This document shows, in pieces, positions 63,290 to 64,000 of a DNA stretch of 64,000 nt (within the stretch, counting starts at the first letter, position 1; each line of letters begins with the position of its first letter). The stretch is from the NCBI GenBank assembly GCA_024137785.1, contig JAHRHZ010000140.1, forward strand, positions 21,336,127 to 21,400,126, given 5' to 3'. The translations under genes were made by a program, and so were the position numbers. The notes beneath the pieces were generated by a model that had not been told where the DNA came from, did no database searches, and saw only the letters and a program-made list of their open reading frames with translations. Source of the DNA: Ginglymostoma cirratum (taxonomy: Eukaryota).

Positions 63290-63480
63290 ACTAACATTGA
63301 CCACCAGCTTGGGATCATTATACATCTTACAACACTGCAGCCACATCCTTAGGACTACTGACTGTCCTGAGAATCTGCCCTCAATTTTATCTGAGTCTGG
63401 TATTTGAGGACTTCCTTTAATTTTAAAAGCCCATGGCATCACTCCAACTTTCCACTTCCGACATTAAGATCCGCTGCACA
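63290..63480 (-). pseudogene. Harbinger Myb/SANT-like partner gene remnant
   Basis: SGQSVVLRMWLQCCKMYNDPKLVV resembles the RTWxQCRKKxNDL motif. Confidence 0.55.
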
Positions 63481-63859
63481 TGAGCAACAGCTTCCTCAGA
63501 ATTGGAGCAATTGCATCCGACAACAGCTGTCTCCTGTTATTCAGTGTAACTTCCCTTTAAGAAGGACAGACCACCTTTAAGAAGAGCGGGCTGGCTCCAA
63601 ACCTACGATTAACGCATGCTGCTCAGCCCCTGAACCGGGTTTTCACTGCACTGCTGGAAAATTTACAGCAGTGCAGAAGCAACGTCCAAGGATGTTCAGG
63701 GTCATTGTTTCTTTCAGTGTCACAGCTGAAAGCTTTTAGTAAAAATAAAATCCAGCCAGAAAGCTCAGGATTTGCCTTGAATTGTCTCCAGTTTTAAATT
63801 GGCCGCAGGAGCTTTTCCAGAACAGCTTTAGCCTTAACACTCTGCCTCTAGGAACAGCA

Positions 63860-63952
63860 ATCTGGCTCCACAACTTGAGCTCTTTTGGGGGCTGGTACAG
63901 ACACAATAGGTCGAATGGCCTCCTTCTGTACTATGAAATTCTATGATTCTGA
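63860..63952 (+). mobile_element. CR1 3' tail
   Basis: ggtcgaatggcctccttctgtactatgaaattctatgattct. Confidence 0.75.
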
Positions 63953-64000
63953 CATGCTGCCAACACATGCTGACAAGCTGGTTTCAGTAATAGTTCCAAT

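Overview
Eukaryotic, repeat-rich, essentially non-coding DNA. HE1-type V-SINEs, HER1/CR1 LINE tails and Deu-type SINE remnants point to a cartilaginous fish (shark; inference from repeat content). I recognise no intact host protein-coding gene; the window reads as a very long intron or intergenic tract. Fossil coding remnants: CR1 reverse-transcriptase fragments, a Penelope-like (PLE) GIY-YIG endonuclease end (25748-26503, -), a nearly full-length decayed hAT transposase (14386-16185, -), two Harbinger/HARBI1-type transposases and two Harbinger Myb/SANT partner remnants. Most interesting: (1) a dense family of short PLE-derived, often fold-back elements carrying a minimal hammerhead-ribozyme core, several flanked by 13-15 bp target-site duplications; (2) candidate recursive-splicing AG|GT sites with stop-containing RS-exons (48001, 18651) and a 33-nt microexon (41177-41209), all on +; (3) a 1-kb element with a YY1-like head, a tandem-repeat core and a LINE-like tail, nested in CR1 within CR1; (4) a 400-N gap that probably hides only 16 nt of a hairpin. 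Repeat boundaries were read by eye and are approximate; family names come from recognition, not database searches.
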